Part shown: positions 12,381 to 25,630 of the stretch, in pieces
How the letters are laid out: the number at the start of each line of letters is the position of its first letter
Numbering within the stretch: position 1 is the first letter of the stretch
DNA from: Octopus sinensis
Lineage: Eukaryota
Direction: 5' to 3'
DNA length: 64,000 nt
Assembly (NCBI RefSeq): GCF_006345805.1
Contig: NC_043006.1
Coordinates: 17,360,001-17,424,000, forward strand
Translations under genes and position numbers: made by a program
The notes under the pieces: model-generated
Database searches by the model: none
What the model was told of the DNA's origin: nothing
What the model saw: only the letters and a program-made list of their open reading frames with translations

Positions 12381-14230
12381 TTTTTTTTTTTTATAAAGAA
12401 TTGTTTTTGACTTATATAGACAAGAAATTATATAGACAGGGGAATTGTTATGCTATGGAGAATAATAATTTACATTATTTTATTACTATCTTTTTTTTTT
12501 AGTTCATTTATTATTGGTTAAAAAAATGGAGAAGAATATATATTAAAGATGGTTGACATAACTGAAGATGGATTTTACGTATTACTTGTGGAGCTAAGCT
12601 AGAAAAGCATCATTGAATTTTGATTCTGTTTCCAGTTAAATGATAATCTTTAAATGCAGAATCTTTAGTAATATTTAATAATAATATTTTTATGTTTATA
12701 CATAACTTTCTTTCTATATTCCTTCCTGTTACATGAAATAAACCACTTCTTTTTTCTCATTATTCCTGTTTTCAAGGTTCATAGAGTCTTTTTCTTTTAT
12801 GTGGGATACAACAGTTCTTGGTTTCATGCTGTCATAAGCAAGATGTCAAATCCAAGATGAATTATTAATGAATTTTAATGAAAATCTAAGTTCGTTTCCT
12901 GTATTTCATTCTTCTAACATTGGCAGATTACATCATTATTTCTTCCTCAATACTGTTTAACATTTAAAATCTTTTTTAACCTTTTTTTATTTGTTAGCAA
13001 ATGGTTTGCTAATAAAGTTATGTCATTTTTATTGACATTTTAATTTTTATTTTACCTTGCTGTTTCTATTTCTGTTTCTAATTAACGTGTTTAAGCTCAA
13101 CATAATTATAACATAAAGCAATAAATAATTAAATAAAACGTAATCTTATAATAGAGAAGTGGAAGACTTGTTTGAGCTTTCATTTTTATCCGACTTTGTC
13201 ACATATGTGATAAAAATAAAACACAAATTAACTGGGCATTTCTAAATTTATGAAGTTCAGGTTATGAGAGAAACAAGACCATGAGAGAAATAATTGAATT
13301 CACATTTAATGAAAATTGTTGAGTATTCTGGTAATATGTCAGAAGTTGCTGATAAGAGCATGACTCCGTAGCATTAAGTACATAGTTTTTGAATAATGTG
13401 TTTTCCTTTTAATATTAAATGAATTTAGTTCCACATTAATATGGTTTGAATGGATTTTTGAAATTTAGAACATTTTATAGGAGCAAAAGGCTTTTATTGC
13501 TAAATATTCTTTATTTAGCTGTCAACTCAGATGTTAGCTGTCCTTTTAATATATAAATATGCACAAACAGTAATACTAGTCTGTATACACATTTATATAT
13601 ACACATGGATTGGCACTAACTGTAATAATTTGTCTCAGAGAAACATCTCAAAGATAATTGTATATTAAAAGCACCACTTTTTACTCAGAACACTGCTGTG
13701 TTGCCAGGCATAGTAATTCAACCTGATTTGATGTCCTTTGTACTAACTCTGAGCATTCTAATCTAAACTGAAAAACTCATTTCTGGAACAGTAAACAAAA
13801 CATTTCCTGATTTACGAAAAAGCTAGCCAGGCTAGAATTTAATTAATATACATTCTTGAAACAGCTTCAGATTAAAATACTGGTGTGTACACATATTTAT
13901 AATGTGCATACAAATGTGAAACAGCTCTAGCTGTAATATTTTGTTTCATTGAAGCTTTTCAAAGAGATTTAAAAAGACATTTAAGATAACTACCTTTTTG
14001 GTTTCTCTCTTTTTTCTCTTGCTACTTTGCTATTAGAGACAAATCTTTAAGACATGATAATTTTTATTTCGCAAACATTTTTTTTTTTTTTTTGTAATTC
14101 AGTTTTAGAGATATTATTGGTTGAAGAAATATCTAGGTATTTTTTGAACCAATAATAATAATAATAATGATAATATAAATTTTGGCAAATTTTTAATAAA
14201 TGACACAATATTTCACAATATAAAGCAAAT

Positions 14231-14640
14231 ATAGGTGCAGGAGTGGCTGTGTGGTAAGTAGCTTGCTAACCAACCACATGGTTCCGGGTTCAGTCCCATT
14301 GCGTGGCATCTTGGGCAAGTGTCTTCTGCTATAGCCCCGGGCTGACCAATGCCTTGTGAGTGGATTTGGTAGACGGAAACTGAAAGAAGCCTGTCGTATA
14401 TATGTATATATGTATATATGTGTGTATATGTTTGTGTGTCTGTGTTTGTCCCCCTAGTATTGCTTGACAACCAATGCTGGTGTGTTTACGTCCCCGTCAC
14501 TTAGCGGCTCGGCAAAAGAGACCGATAGAATAAGTACTGGGCTTACAAAGAATAAGTCCCGGGGTCGATTTGCTCGACTAAAGGCGGTGCTCCAGCATGG
14601 CCGCAGTCAAATGACTGAAACAAGTAAAAGAGAGAAAGAG
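14231..14640 (+). mobile_element. SINE family A, full length
   Basis: Full head-core-tail; same subfamily variants as the 32973 copy. Confidence 0.9.
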
Positions 14641-15772
14641 AAAGAGAATATAAGATATGTCTTCATTGTTAATAGTGGGTGTATAAAAGACAGTTCCACT
14701 GAATAGATTTGCTGTATAAGAGCTGGTTAAACATCTCGTTTGGGTATATAAAAATTGGCTTCATAGGTCAGTGTAGCTGTACCCAAGATTACTTCACAGG
14801 TTAGTGCAGTATTTATGTTGTTCTTCAATATCATCATCATCATCATCATTATCATCATATCCACTCTTCCATGCTTGCATGAGTTAGATGGAATTCGCTG
14901 AGGCAGATTTTCTGCAACCAAATGCCCTTCTTGTGACTGACCCTCCCCTGTATCCAAGAAAGGTAATTTTTTTTCCTCATGCTCGGACATGTTTCCATGG
15001 ATGGCTGGAAATGGAACAACACCACTTGTATGATGGTGACACTTGTTTCCAACTTTTGTACAATGGCAAGACAAAGCTGTACATGCGTACTCACATACGC
15101 GCACATGCATGTGCACACACACACACAATACACAATGGGTTACTTTCAGTTTCTGCTTACCATATCCACTCATAAGATTTTGGTTGACCCCAGGCAATAG
15201 TACAAGACACTCAGCTAAATTGCCATGCAGTGGAACTGAACCCAAGACCTTGTGGTTGAGAGGCAAACTCCTTACTCACACAACCATGTTTACATTTATA
15301 TAGCTAAAAACTCTAGAAGAATCCTCCTTATATTTTAGAAAACTTAATCTTGAAATGTTCTTTCACCTACATAACTATTCTTCTGTTAGTATTGGTTAAC
15401 TCCATTTCTTTGGGATCTGCTTTGTTGATTGGCAATATTTTAAGTCTGTGATAAATAATATCATGTTTACATTTTGTATTCCTCAAAATATTTTTAGAAG
15501 ATTAACAAAGCCTGTATTTTTATCTTCCTGTTATCTTATAATTTCTTGATCTCTTGTTTAATAAACATTCCCATGAGGACAGGTCAGAGTATTATATAGT
15601 TATATTTCAATATCATTTTGATTATACTTAAGTTGATTATTACCAGCACATATAATAATCATATTTAAGTTATTGGTTATTTCTGTTTTCACATTTATCA
15701 ATGATGATGATGATGCTCATCATCATCATCACTGATACAATAATTTTCCTGCCTGGCAAAAGTTGACTCAAT

Positions 15773-16001
15773 TTAACCCTTTTGTTACCAACCCGGCCAA
15801 AACCGGCTCTGGCTCTGTAGTACAAATGTCTTGCTTTCATAAGTTCTGAATTAAAATCTTCCACCAAACCTTAGTCACAATTTATGTTCCTAATGCTAGC
15901 TTAATGATAATTAAATTATTTTACTAAATTCTTTGTTATATTTAAAATAATTGAAAGAAACACAGAGCATCTCAAAATAAATACAGTAATGAAAGGGTTA
16001 A
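15773..16001. mobile_element. Complete 229-bp piggyBac-type MITE
   Basis: TTAA-CCCTTT ... AAAGGG-TTAA ends. An opposite-orientation copy of equal length lies at 59973-60201. Confidence 0.85.
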
Positions 16002-16031
16002 CATCTGTTTTGGTATTTGATATCTGTTTGT

Positions 16032-16328
16032 TCCTTCTCAAGCCATGCCTGGCTCATAAGGGCCAGTTTCCTGGTTTCTTGGCGTATAGGTTCCCCACCA
16101 GGACGGGACGCTGGTCCATCGCAGGTGAGCTGCAAGATGCAGGAGGAAAGAGTGAGAGAAAGTTGTGGCAAAAGAGTCAGCAGAAGTTTCGCCATTACCT
16201 TTGTGCCGGAGCCGTGTGGAGCTTAGGTGTTTCGCTCATAAACACACACATCGCCCGGTCTGAGATTCGAACCCGCGATCCCTTGACCGCGAGTCCGCTG
16301 CTCTAACCACTAGGCCATGTGCCCCCAC
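16032..16328 (-). mobile_element. tRNA-headed SINE family E (head related to family D)
   Basis: The minus strand begins gtgggggcacatggcctagtggttagagcagcggactcgcgg..gggttcgaatctc (A and B boxes). Confidence 0.85.
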
Positions 16329-16366
16329 ATTTGATATCTGCGCTTTAATGGACACCCTCAAATATC

Positions 16367-17280
16367 TTAATCCTTTTGTTAACTTGTTTCTATTGAAATA
16401 CATTTCTGCCTTTGTTTCATTTAATTTTGAAAACCATGAAAAATTTAGTAAAATAACATTGTCATTACTATGCTGATGTTTGGAACATAAATAAACATTT
16501 AAACAGGAAATTTATATCAAAGAATTAGGAGTGATCTCAGACCAATTGGTATCAAAAGAGCTAAATAGTTTAAAGAAATTTCAAACCACTGGGCTCCCAC
16601 TGATATCGTTCGTGAAAGAGACACACAGAACCTTTTGTTACCATAATTCTCTTGAAATATTTCACTTAATCTCAAAAATAATGAAGTATTTATTACAATA
16701 ATTTTGTCATTAATCTGGTGTTTGAAACATAAACATTGAAATTTTAATGGAAGGTTTTAATTTAATTCATTTAAACACAAGAAGTTTGTATCAAAGAACC
16801 AGGGCTGTCTCAGACAGATTGGTATTGAAAAGGTTAATTCTTTTGTTACCATATTTCGGTTGAAACACACTGCTTTATTTTGATTAATTTTTAAAATAAT
16901 GAAGTATTTATAGTACAATAACTTTGTCGTTATTTGTTGGTGTTTGAGAAATAAATTTACATGAAATTTTGATGGCAGGTTTAAATTAAGATCATTTAAA
17001 AGCAAGAAGTTTTAATCCTAGAAGTAGGGGTGGTCTCAGGCAAGTTAGTATCAAAACAGTTAAAGTAATCAACAGAAATTTCAAACCACCAGGCCTTCAT
17101 AGATATCTTTTCTAACAGAAATGGTTTTGTTAGCATATTTCTGTTGAAATATGTTGCCTTTTATTTCAGTTTAACTTTTGAAATAATGATGAATTTAGTC
17201 AAATAACTTTTATTACTAATCTGGTGTTCGGAAAAGAAATAAATATAAAATTTTGATGGAATGTTTTAATTTAGATCATG
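16367..17280. repeat. Array of four degenerate TTAA MITE copies
   Basis: Four repeats of cttttgttaccatatttctgttgaaat..gaagaatttagtaaaataac..ggtatcaaaa..ttaa. Confidence 0.75.
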
Positions 17281-17282
17281 TG

Positions 17283-17605
17283 GCAGCCTTCCCTGGCACC
17301 TGTGTTGGTGGCACGTAAAAAGCACTATCCGTACGTGGTCAATGCCAGTGCCATCTTGATTGGTTTCCGTGCCGGTGGCATGTAAAAAGCACCAACCGAT
17401 TGTGGCTGTTGCCAGCCTCCTCTGGCACGTAAAAAGCACCCACTACACTCATGGAGTGGTTGGTGTTAGGAAGGGCATCCAGCTGTAGAAACACTGCCAG
17501 ATCAGACTGGAGCCTGGTGCAGCCTCCTGGCTTCCCAGATCCCGGTTGTACATCCAACCCATGCTAGCATGGAAAACGGATGTTAAACGATGATGATGAT
17601 GATGA
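17283..17605 (+). mobile_element. Retroposon family B
   Basis: Same body and (GAT)n tail as the 8372 copy. Confidence 0.9.
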
Positions 17606-18904
17606 AGAAGAAGTTGGTATCCTAGAACTTCTCACGGCCAACAAGAGAGCTTTTAGGTGATCAAATTCTCTGAAATCACTCTACCATTTTCAAAAAGATA
17701 GGACATATCGAGTTATTTAATTTTAGATATCCTTAACTTGAAAATAATTATAAGAAGAAGATTCCAGTAAAGCTGCATGATAGTGGTGTCAGATATGGCT
17801 GGCAGACCATCATATAACTTGTTTTATTCTAATCTTCCATTTTACGAATTCAGTGTGCACATGCGCATTGTCCTCTGTACTACTCTGAACATTTTAATCT
17901 AAACTGAAAAATGCATTTCTGGAATGTTTCTTCCCAGTTCCTACTCAAAACTGTTTATAGATCACAGCCATCTCATGAACCTGCGTTCATGGGGAGTGCT
18001 TCATGCTCCGATGGTTGTGAAATAATAATAATAGGGATGATTACAACTTAAACACATGGTTATATGGTTATAGATCTGTTTAGTCTTGACCAATACTGAT
18101 CTCGGACTAAGCAAGAATGGTAGGGACTTCTCACTGATAAAAGAACTTTTCAATTGTTGCTTATACAACCATTTTCTATCCCACCCTAAACCATATTCTG
18201 TCTTGACTCTATTCTATTGGAACCAGCGGCTTTCTCTACTACCTTCATTACTTCAGCTATCGGGGTTTTGAAATTTTCTTTCTCAAATATGGTGGGTTTT
18301 CCTGAAGGATGTGCCAGGAGTTGCAGATAAGTGCAACATGAAAATAATTAAATTATAGGGCACTGGATTGGCAGAATTGTTAGAACACCTGTTAAAAAGT
18401 ACCTTTCAGTATTTGGTTATGGCGCTTTATATTCTGAGTTCAAATCCTACTGAAGCCAATTTTGCCTTTCATTTGCCCACAGTCAATAAAATAACATGTC
18501 ACTCACTAGGATTAATGACATCAAATAACTGCCTTCCCTAAAAATTGCTGGCTTTTTGCCTCAGTCAGTAATCATCATATATATATATATACTGTAATGT
18601 CTGTACCACTTTTACAAGGCTGTTCTATGCAGAACAAATGTTACTGCATTTTAACCCCAAGAAAACATCTTTTCCTGCTGGTTAACAACATACAACCTGT
18701 GCCTGTTTTATTGCAAGTAAAGGACAGACACAGGTTGTGTGTTGTTAACAAGTGGGAAAAGATGTTTTCCTGGGGTTAAAATGTAGTAACATTTGTTCTG
18801 CACAGAACGGCCACATAACAGTGATACAGACATTATGGTTTCATATTGTTACTATGTGAATCTCTTTCAGAGATTCTAAAACCAGCTACTGTGTATACAT
18901 ATAT

Positions 18905-19330
18905 GAGACCAATAGAATAAGTACTAGGCTTACAAAGAATAAGTTCTGGGGTTGGTTTGCTTAACTAAAGGCGGTGCTCCGGCATGCGCTGCAGTCAAAT
19001 GACTGAAACAAGTAAAAGAATAAAATAATATATGAAGGTACATGGCTTAGTGGTAAGGGTGTCTGGCTCATGATCATAAGGTTGTGAGTTTGATTCACAG
19101 CAGCGTGTTGTGTCCTTGAGCAAAGATATGTTATTTCACATTGCTCCAGTCTGGTCCACTCACTTGGTAAAAATGAGTTATACCTGCTATTCAAAGGGCC
19201 AACCCATGTCACATTTTGGGTCATGCTGAGTCTCTCTGAGAACTACATTAAGGGTCTGCGTGTCTGTGGAGTACTCAGCCACTTGCATGTTAATTTCATG
19301 AGAAGGCTGTTTCATTGATTAGATCAGCTA
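18905..19330 (+). mobile_element. Family A 3' fragment followed by a family C-like SINE with a family D-type tail
   Basis: gaataagtactaggc..gactgaaacaag, then catggcttagtggtaag..ccttgagcaaag..gtgtctgtggagtactcagccacttg. Confidence 0.7.
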
Positions 19331-19490
19331 AAACTCTCATTGTTGTAATATATAACAGGAATTCTATATTTAAAGTCTTTGATAATTTTGAAATTTATCT
19401 ACAAACAAACCATGTCTATTTTAGGAAACAAAAATATTAATAGATAATGAAATGCACAAATAATTTTTCACCCTTTCCTTTCTTTCTTTT

Positions 19491-19874
19491 TCTTTTACTT
19501 GTTTCAGTCATTTGACTGTGGCCATGCTGGAGCACCACCTTTAGTCGAGCAAATCGACCCCAGGACTTATTCTTTGTAAGCCTGGTACTTATTCTATTGG
19601 TCTCTTTGCCAAACCGCTAAGTTACGGGAACGTAAACACACCAGTATCGGTTGTCAAGCGATGTTGAGGGGACAAACACAGACACACAAACACACACACA
19701 CGCATATATATGACGGGCTTCTTTCAGTTTCCATCTACCAAATCCACTCACAAGGCTTTGGTCAGCCCAAGGCTATAGTAGAAGACACTTGCCCAAGGCG
19801 CCACGCTGTGGGACTGAACCCGGAGCCATGTGGTTGGTAAGCAATCTACTTACCACACAGCCACTCCTGCACCC
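19491..19874 (-). mobile_element. SINE family A, full length
   Basis: Reverse-complement match to the family A consensus. Confidence 0.9.
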
Positions 19875-20295
19875 TAATCAAATTAATAATATAAGTTTTT
19901 TTAAAAAATAATACAACTTGTGTGGTGTACAGCTAGATGTATGACTGCTATTGTTGAGTTTTGATCTCTTTGTAGATTATCATCAAGTCTGCTTCCAGTA
20001 AAATGCTTTGGTATACTTAGTAGTATATGCTTATACATAGTAGTATAACTGGGTATTGCATACAGAGCAAGTGTAGGAGAAATTATGATAAACAAATGTT
20101 TATATATTCTACATTTCATTGTTATGGTTGTTTGGGACCACTGCATTGGATGTTTCTAGTGCAAGTGGATGCTTAACCACAACAGATCATCAGGGGAGCA
20201 CTTAATAGCATTGTGTCACAGGGATCAAATATCAGAGACCCTTGAAACAGCCATTGCAAGGGTTCTAAACAACTACAATGGTGAAACACGGAGGA

Positions 20296-20629
20296 GACCC
20301 CCTTTGGTCTTGAATGACCATGGGATTGAACCTAGAAAGTTACTCTCTGAGGCACAAGTCTGGGCAAAGTTGTTTATGGAAGACCAGCAGTCATCCATGT
20401 ATGCCAGCCTCTCCTCTTCATGTCACTGATGTTATCCAAGGGAAAGGCAAAGGCCGATACAGCTTGGTACCAGTGATGTCACAACTCATTTCTACAGCTG
20501 AGTGAACTGGAGCAACGTGAAATAAAGTGTCTTGCTCAAGAACACAACACACAGCCCGGTCCAGGATTCAGACTCACAACCTCACAGTTGTAAGTTCGAC
20601 GCTCTAACCACTGAGCCATGTGGCTTCAC
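20296..20629 (-). mobile_element. SINE family C
   Basis: Diverged reverse complement of the 23519-23852 element. Confidence 0.85.
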
Positions 20630-21469
20630 AATGGTGAAACACACATATGGAATAAATGATATAAATTTGTTTATCATATTTCTTATTAATACAGAGATTT
20701 TGTAGGTGAAAAAAAAACAATACTTGATATGACCACCTTTTGTACTGAGGATGGCACTTATCAATTTTCTGGATGATACTAAACTTTAAAATTTATCCAT
20801 TTATTTCTTTCTCCTACATATTTATACAAATACTGGGCTTATTTTAAACCAGTGGTTCTATGGTATCTATGGACCCCTTTGGTTACTATTTTATTGCAGT
20901 GGACCCCCATAACCATTTGAAGTTTAAAGACTACTTTCATTAGAACTTCTTTCAAAATTCCTATTTCGTTTTTTACCATTCACTTGAGTAAGTTTGCAAT
21001 AACACTTTCTGAGAGACCATGTTTCAGTGACTGAAAACATGTTAAACTGTGTAAAACACTAGAAAAAGGTACTTAATTGTTTCTCATAGTAAATATGTCT
21101 GGACCCCTTGAATACTACATAGATTCCCAATTTACTATTTTGCTTGCCTAGACCCCCTAAAGTTTTATATGCCCCCACCTTCCCAGGACGGTCAGTTGCC
21201 ATCCAACTCATCTGAAAAGAGTAAAAGAGGAAACAGAACGCAGCAATGAGTGAAGAAAGCAAAACAACAACAATGGTATCCAAAAGTGCATACATAGCAC
21301 GCAAGAAAAAAAGCAAAAAAAAAAAAAACAAAACAAGGAATAGTAAAAGAACCAGAAAAAGGAAAAGATATATAAGCATATCAAGAATAGTGATGGTAAA
21401 TTTTGGGAAGCTTGGAATTTTTTAGGGATGTAGTGATCTAACAGAGAGGTAATATTTATCCCAATACTG

Positions 21470-21905
21470 GATGTTCTGTTAGAACGAACTATACTGCAGT
21501 AGTTACTATGAGAAAAACTCTCATAAAAGCTCTTTTCAGTATAAATACTGCATCTTTGGCTAATATATATTTTTTAGCAGTATGCTAACATGAATGACTT
21601 TTATTCTGAGATTTTTTAAACTCTTTTAATTTTTGAAATTGCCCATAAAATTTCTAATGAGGTTGAAATCAGGTGGTTGGGAAGGCCAGGGTAATATATG
21701 TATTTGCTTGAGATTAAAATGATCTTGAGAGCAAGCTGAAGTTTATTGTATCATTATTATCTTGAATTTAAACATCCAAAAATTGAGCTGCCTGGCAGCT
21801 TGAGATAAATGTTTTGGCTAATAACATCTATTTATACATAAGGGATTGCATTTGATATTCCATCAATAAATGCTAATTTGCCAACATTTCTGTAAGGCAT
21901 ACATT
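21470..21905 (-). mobile_element. Decayed Tc1-like transposase, catalytic C-terminal part
   Basis: Minus frames give VGKLAFIDGISNA, F(Q)QDNN and LKQIHILPWPSQPPDFNLIRN, matching the Tc1 motifs FQQDN and WPSQSPDLNPIENLW. Confidence 0.8.
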
Positions 21906-22131
21906 CTCCTCTCCCTCCTTATCATCATCATCATCATCATCATCATCATCGTTGTTGTTGCCATCCCTATTTCCTAATTCTGGTCATTGTGATCTTCACT
22001 GTCATCCTCTTCATCAGCAACCATCATCATCCAACTCCTACATAAATATTTTCTTGCTCCGTCCTTATATGTTTGTGTGTGTGTATGTAAGTATATATGT
22101 ATATGTATGTAGATATATACATATACATACA

Positions 22132-22167
<36 letters not shown>

Positions 22168-22227
22168 TGTGTATTGCTCTATGATGTAAATTTCATGTTT
22201 TAAAGTGATCTAAATTAAAAGTTTCCA

Positions 22228-22685
22228 TAAGCGTAGGAGTGGCTGTGTGGTAAGTAGCTTGCTTACCAACCACATGGTTCTGGGTTCAGTCCCACTGCGT
22301 GGCACCTTGGGCAAGTGTCTTCTACTATAGCGTTGGGCCAACCAAAGCCTTGTGAGTGGATTTGGAAGACGGAAACTGAAAGAAGCCTGTTGTATATATG
22401 TATATATATATATCATCATTATATATATATATATATATATATGTGTGTATGTGTGTGTGTGTACGTGTGTGTATATGTTTGTGTGTCCGTGTTTGTCCCC
22501 CCAACATCGCTTGATAACCGATGCTGGTGTGCTTACGTCCCCGTAATTTAGTGGTTCAACAAAAGAGACCAATAGAAAAAGTACTAGGCTTACAAAGAAT
22601 AAGTCCTGGGGTCAATTTGCTCGACTAAAGGCGGTGCTCCAGCATGACCATAGTCAAATGACTGAAACAAGTAAAAGAGTAAAAA
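22228..22685 (+). mobile_element. SINE family A, full length
   Basis: Full head-core-tail. Confidence 0.9.
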
Positions 22686-23024
22686 AGCAAATATATATAA
22701 TTCAAACATCAGCTAAAGAATGACATTTATTTCACTGTTCATATTGTATTTAGGGAGGGTCATTATGCTAATAATAATAGATACACACATTGGTTCAGTT
22801 TCATTCCTTTATTGTTAGTGAATTGGTTAGTTACCTAACCATCTAATTAATGAATCATTTGCTTAATTTGTTGAGTAAAAAAAGACAATCAATCAGTTGT
22901 TTGTCCAAAGTCCTTTCATTGCTATTCACAACCTCATCAATGACTTGCCCTCTCTCCCCCAGGTCAGCTTCATTATTTTCAGAATCAAGTGGAACAGAAA
23001 TAGTGTATTTCAAAAGAAATATAG

Positions 23025-23135
23025 CAGCAAAACCATTATACCTACAATTTTATTCTCTCCACACTGACATTCTTCCATCGTTATTGTGAAAAGTGAAAAA
23101 AGTTGTTTTATCAGCCCAGTAGCAATCTACCATGG

Positions 23136-23170
<35 letters not shown>

Positions 23171-23335
23171 CCATGCCTTACATATCTAACACTTTTGACA
23201 GGTATTGTATTTCTGCAAGAGAATAAGCTTTAAAACCATTTTCATAAAATACATTACCTATGGCTTGATTGCTAATGTGTTTTTCCATTCGATTTCCAAA
23301 TAGAATATCCAATTTTGGATTTCTAGACTGGAATA
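23025..23335 (-). mobile_element. Decayed Tc1-like transposase, N-terminal/middle part, split by (TA)n; the 23171-23335 part is duplicated at 23973-24135
   Basis: RNPKLD..KHISNQAIGNVFYENGFKAY..YLSKV (Tc3_2 HTH-like) followed by YWADKTTFFTFHNNDGRMSVWRE (VIWSDE..DGR.RVWR-like); collinear with the 21470 fragment. Confidence 0.65.
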
Positions 23336-23485
23336 TTTAACAGAAATATTTACACATCAAAAAGAGGTGAACAACAGTGTCAATGCAAACATGTGCCAAA
23401 GATGGAAATAATCTCACCTTGGAAATAAATAGATTGATTTTCCAAAAATACATATATGTATGTATGCATAAATGTATACAAATAT

Positions 23486-23518
<33 letters not shown>

Positions 23519-23852
23519 GTGAAGGCGCATGGCTCAGTGGTTAGAGCGTCGAGCTTACGATTGTGAGGTTGTGAGCTCGAATCCCGGACCGGGCTGCGTG
23601 TTGTGTTCTCGAGCAAGGCACTTTATTTCACGTTGCTCCAGTTCACTCAGCTGTAGAAATGAGTTGCGACGTCACTGGTGCCAAGCTGTATCGGCCTTTG
23701 TCTTTCCCTTGGATAACACTGGTGGCGTGGAGAGGGGAGGCTGGTATGCATGGGCGACTGCTGGCCTTCCATAAACAACCTTGCCCGGACTTGTGTCTAG
23801 GAGGGTAACTTTCTAGGTGCAATCCCATGGTCATTCATGACCGAAGGGGGTC
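23519..23852 (+). mobile_element. tRNA-headed SINE family C
   Basis: tggctcagtggttagagc A box, gctcgaatcc B box-like sequence, gagcaaggcactttatttcacgttgctccag core. Confidence 0.9.
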
Positions 23853-24307
23853 AATATATATATATATACATAAATTTATATATATATATGTGTGTGTGTG
23901 TGTGTATATATATATATGTACATAAATTTATATATATATGTATATATATATATATATTATATATATATATATCCATGCCTTACATATCTAACACTTTTGA
24001 CAGGTATTGTATTTCTGCAAGAGAATAAGCTTTAAAACCATTTTCATAAAATACATTACCTATGGCTTGATTGCTAATGTGTTTTTCCATTCGATTTCCA
24101 AATAGAATATCCAATTTTGGATTTCTAGACTGGAATATTTAACAGAAATATTTACACATCAAAAAGAGGTGAACAACAGTGTCAATGCAAACATGTGCCA
24201 AAGATGGAAATAATCTCACCTTGGAAATAAATAGATTGATTTGCAAAACATACATATATGTATGTATGCATAAATGTATACAAATATATATATATATATA
24301 TATATAT

Positions 24308-24641
24308 GTGAAGGCGCATGGCTCAGTGGTTAGAGCGTCGAGCTTACGATTGTGAGGTTGTGAGCTCGAATCCCGGACCGGGCTGCGTGTTGTGTTCTCG
24401 AGCAAGGCACTTTATTTCACGTTGCTCCAGTTCACTCAGCTGTAGAAATGAGTTGCGACGTCACTGGTGCCAAGCTGTATCGACTTTTGTCTTTCCCTTG
24501 GATAACACTGGTGGCGTGGAGAGGGGAGGCTGGTATGCATGGGCGACTGCTGGCCTTCCATAAACAACCTTGCCCGGACTTGTGTCTAGGAGGGTAACTT
24601 TCTAGGTGCAATCCCATGGTCATTCATGACCGAAGGGGGTC
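24308..24641 (+). mobile_element. SINE family C (duplicated copy)
   Basis: Near-identical to the 23519 copy. Confidence 0.9.
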
Positions 24642-24780
24642 AATATATATATATATATACATAAATTTATATATATATATGTGTGTGTGTATATATATAT
24701 ATACATAAATTTATATATATATATGTGTGTGTGTGTGTATATATATATATGTACATAAATTTATATATATATATACATAA

Positions 24781-24814
<34 letters not shown>

Positions 24815-24877
24815 GCATACATATATATATATGTGTGTGTATGTCTCTATAAATGTATATAAATGTATATATATATG

Positions 24878-25112
24878 TTAAAAAGCACCAACCAATTGTG
24901 GCCATTGCCAGCCTCCCCTGGCACCTGTGCTGGTGGCACGTAAAAAGCACCCACTACACTCACGGAGTGATTGGCATTAGGAAGGGCATCCGGCTGTAGA
25001 AACATTGCCAGATCAGACTGGAGCCTGGTGCAGCCTCCTGGTTTCCCAGACCCCTGTTGAACCGTCCAACCCATGCTAGCATGGAAAACGGACGCTAAAT
25101 GATGATGATGAT
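24878..25112 (+). mobile_element. Retroposon family B
   Basis: Body and (GAT)n tail. Confidence 0.85.
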
Positions 25113-25589
25113 ATATGTATATATATATGCACATACATACACACACACAGACTTAAGCAACTACAGATAAACAAAGTAACTTTGAAGCATTCCTGTTAAT
25201 ACATGAAACCAACATAAAAGAGATGACATAGTAAAGTTGAGCATTTGATAATTCTGCTAGAGAAATTAAACTTTTATTTCATATCATTAACAATATATAA
25301 TTATGAGTGAGTTCATAACCTCATTGTAAAAAACTTTTATTTGATGTAGGTTTGTAATTATTTGAAGAAGAATTGTGTTCTATATCTAATGATCACAAAC
25401 CTAAAAAAAAAAAAAAAAAAAATCAAGCTTGCAAAGTTACCTGGTAACGTATTTCAGATTTCTATTAGAAGGGAATGACCTCTCATAAAACTCAATAAAG
25501 GAAAGAAAGTCTATTTTGATTTCATTTTCTCCAACATACATGTGAATTAGGATTTTCTTCAACTAAGATTAGCGCAAAAGGGAGAGATG

Positions 25590-25630
<41 letters not shown>

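Larger units (their letters stand above)
23135..24790. repeat. Tandem duplication of a unit of about 800 bp (Tc1 fragment plus family C SINE)
   Basis: ccatgccttacatatc occurs at 23171 and 23973. The units are near-identical with a few substitutions, and the boundaries lie in (TA)n. Confidence 0.95.

Noticed and set aside
10290-17930. Ancient duplicated exon cassettes (similar blocks at about 10320/13255, 13560/13880 and 13735/17865)
   Set aside because: The similarities are short and non-coding, better explained as old dispersed transposon fragments.
18249-18307. Minus-strand exon GKPTIFEKENFKTPIAEVMK
   Set aside because: The acceptor is reasonable, but the donor (gtagta) is weak and no homology is recognised.
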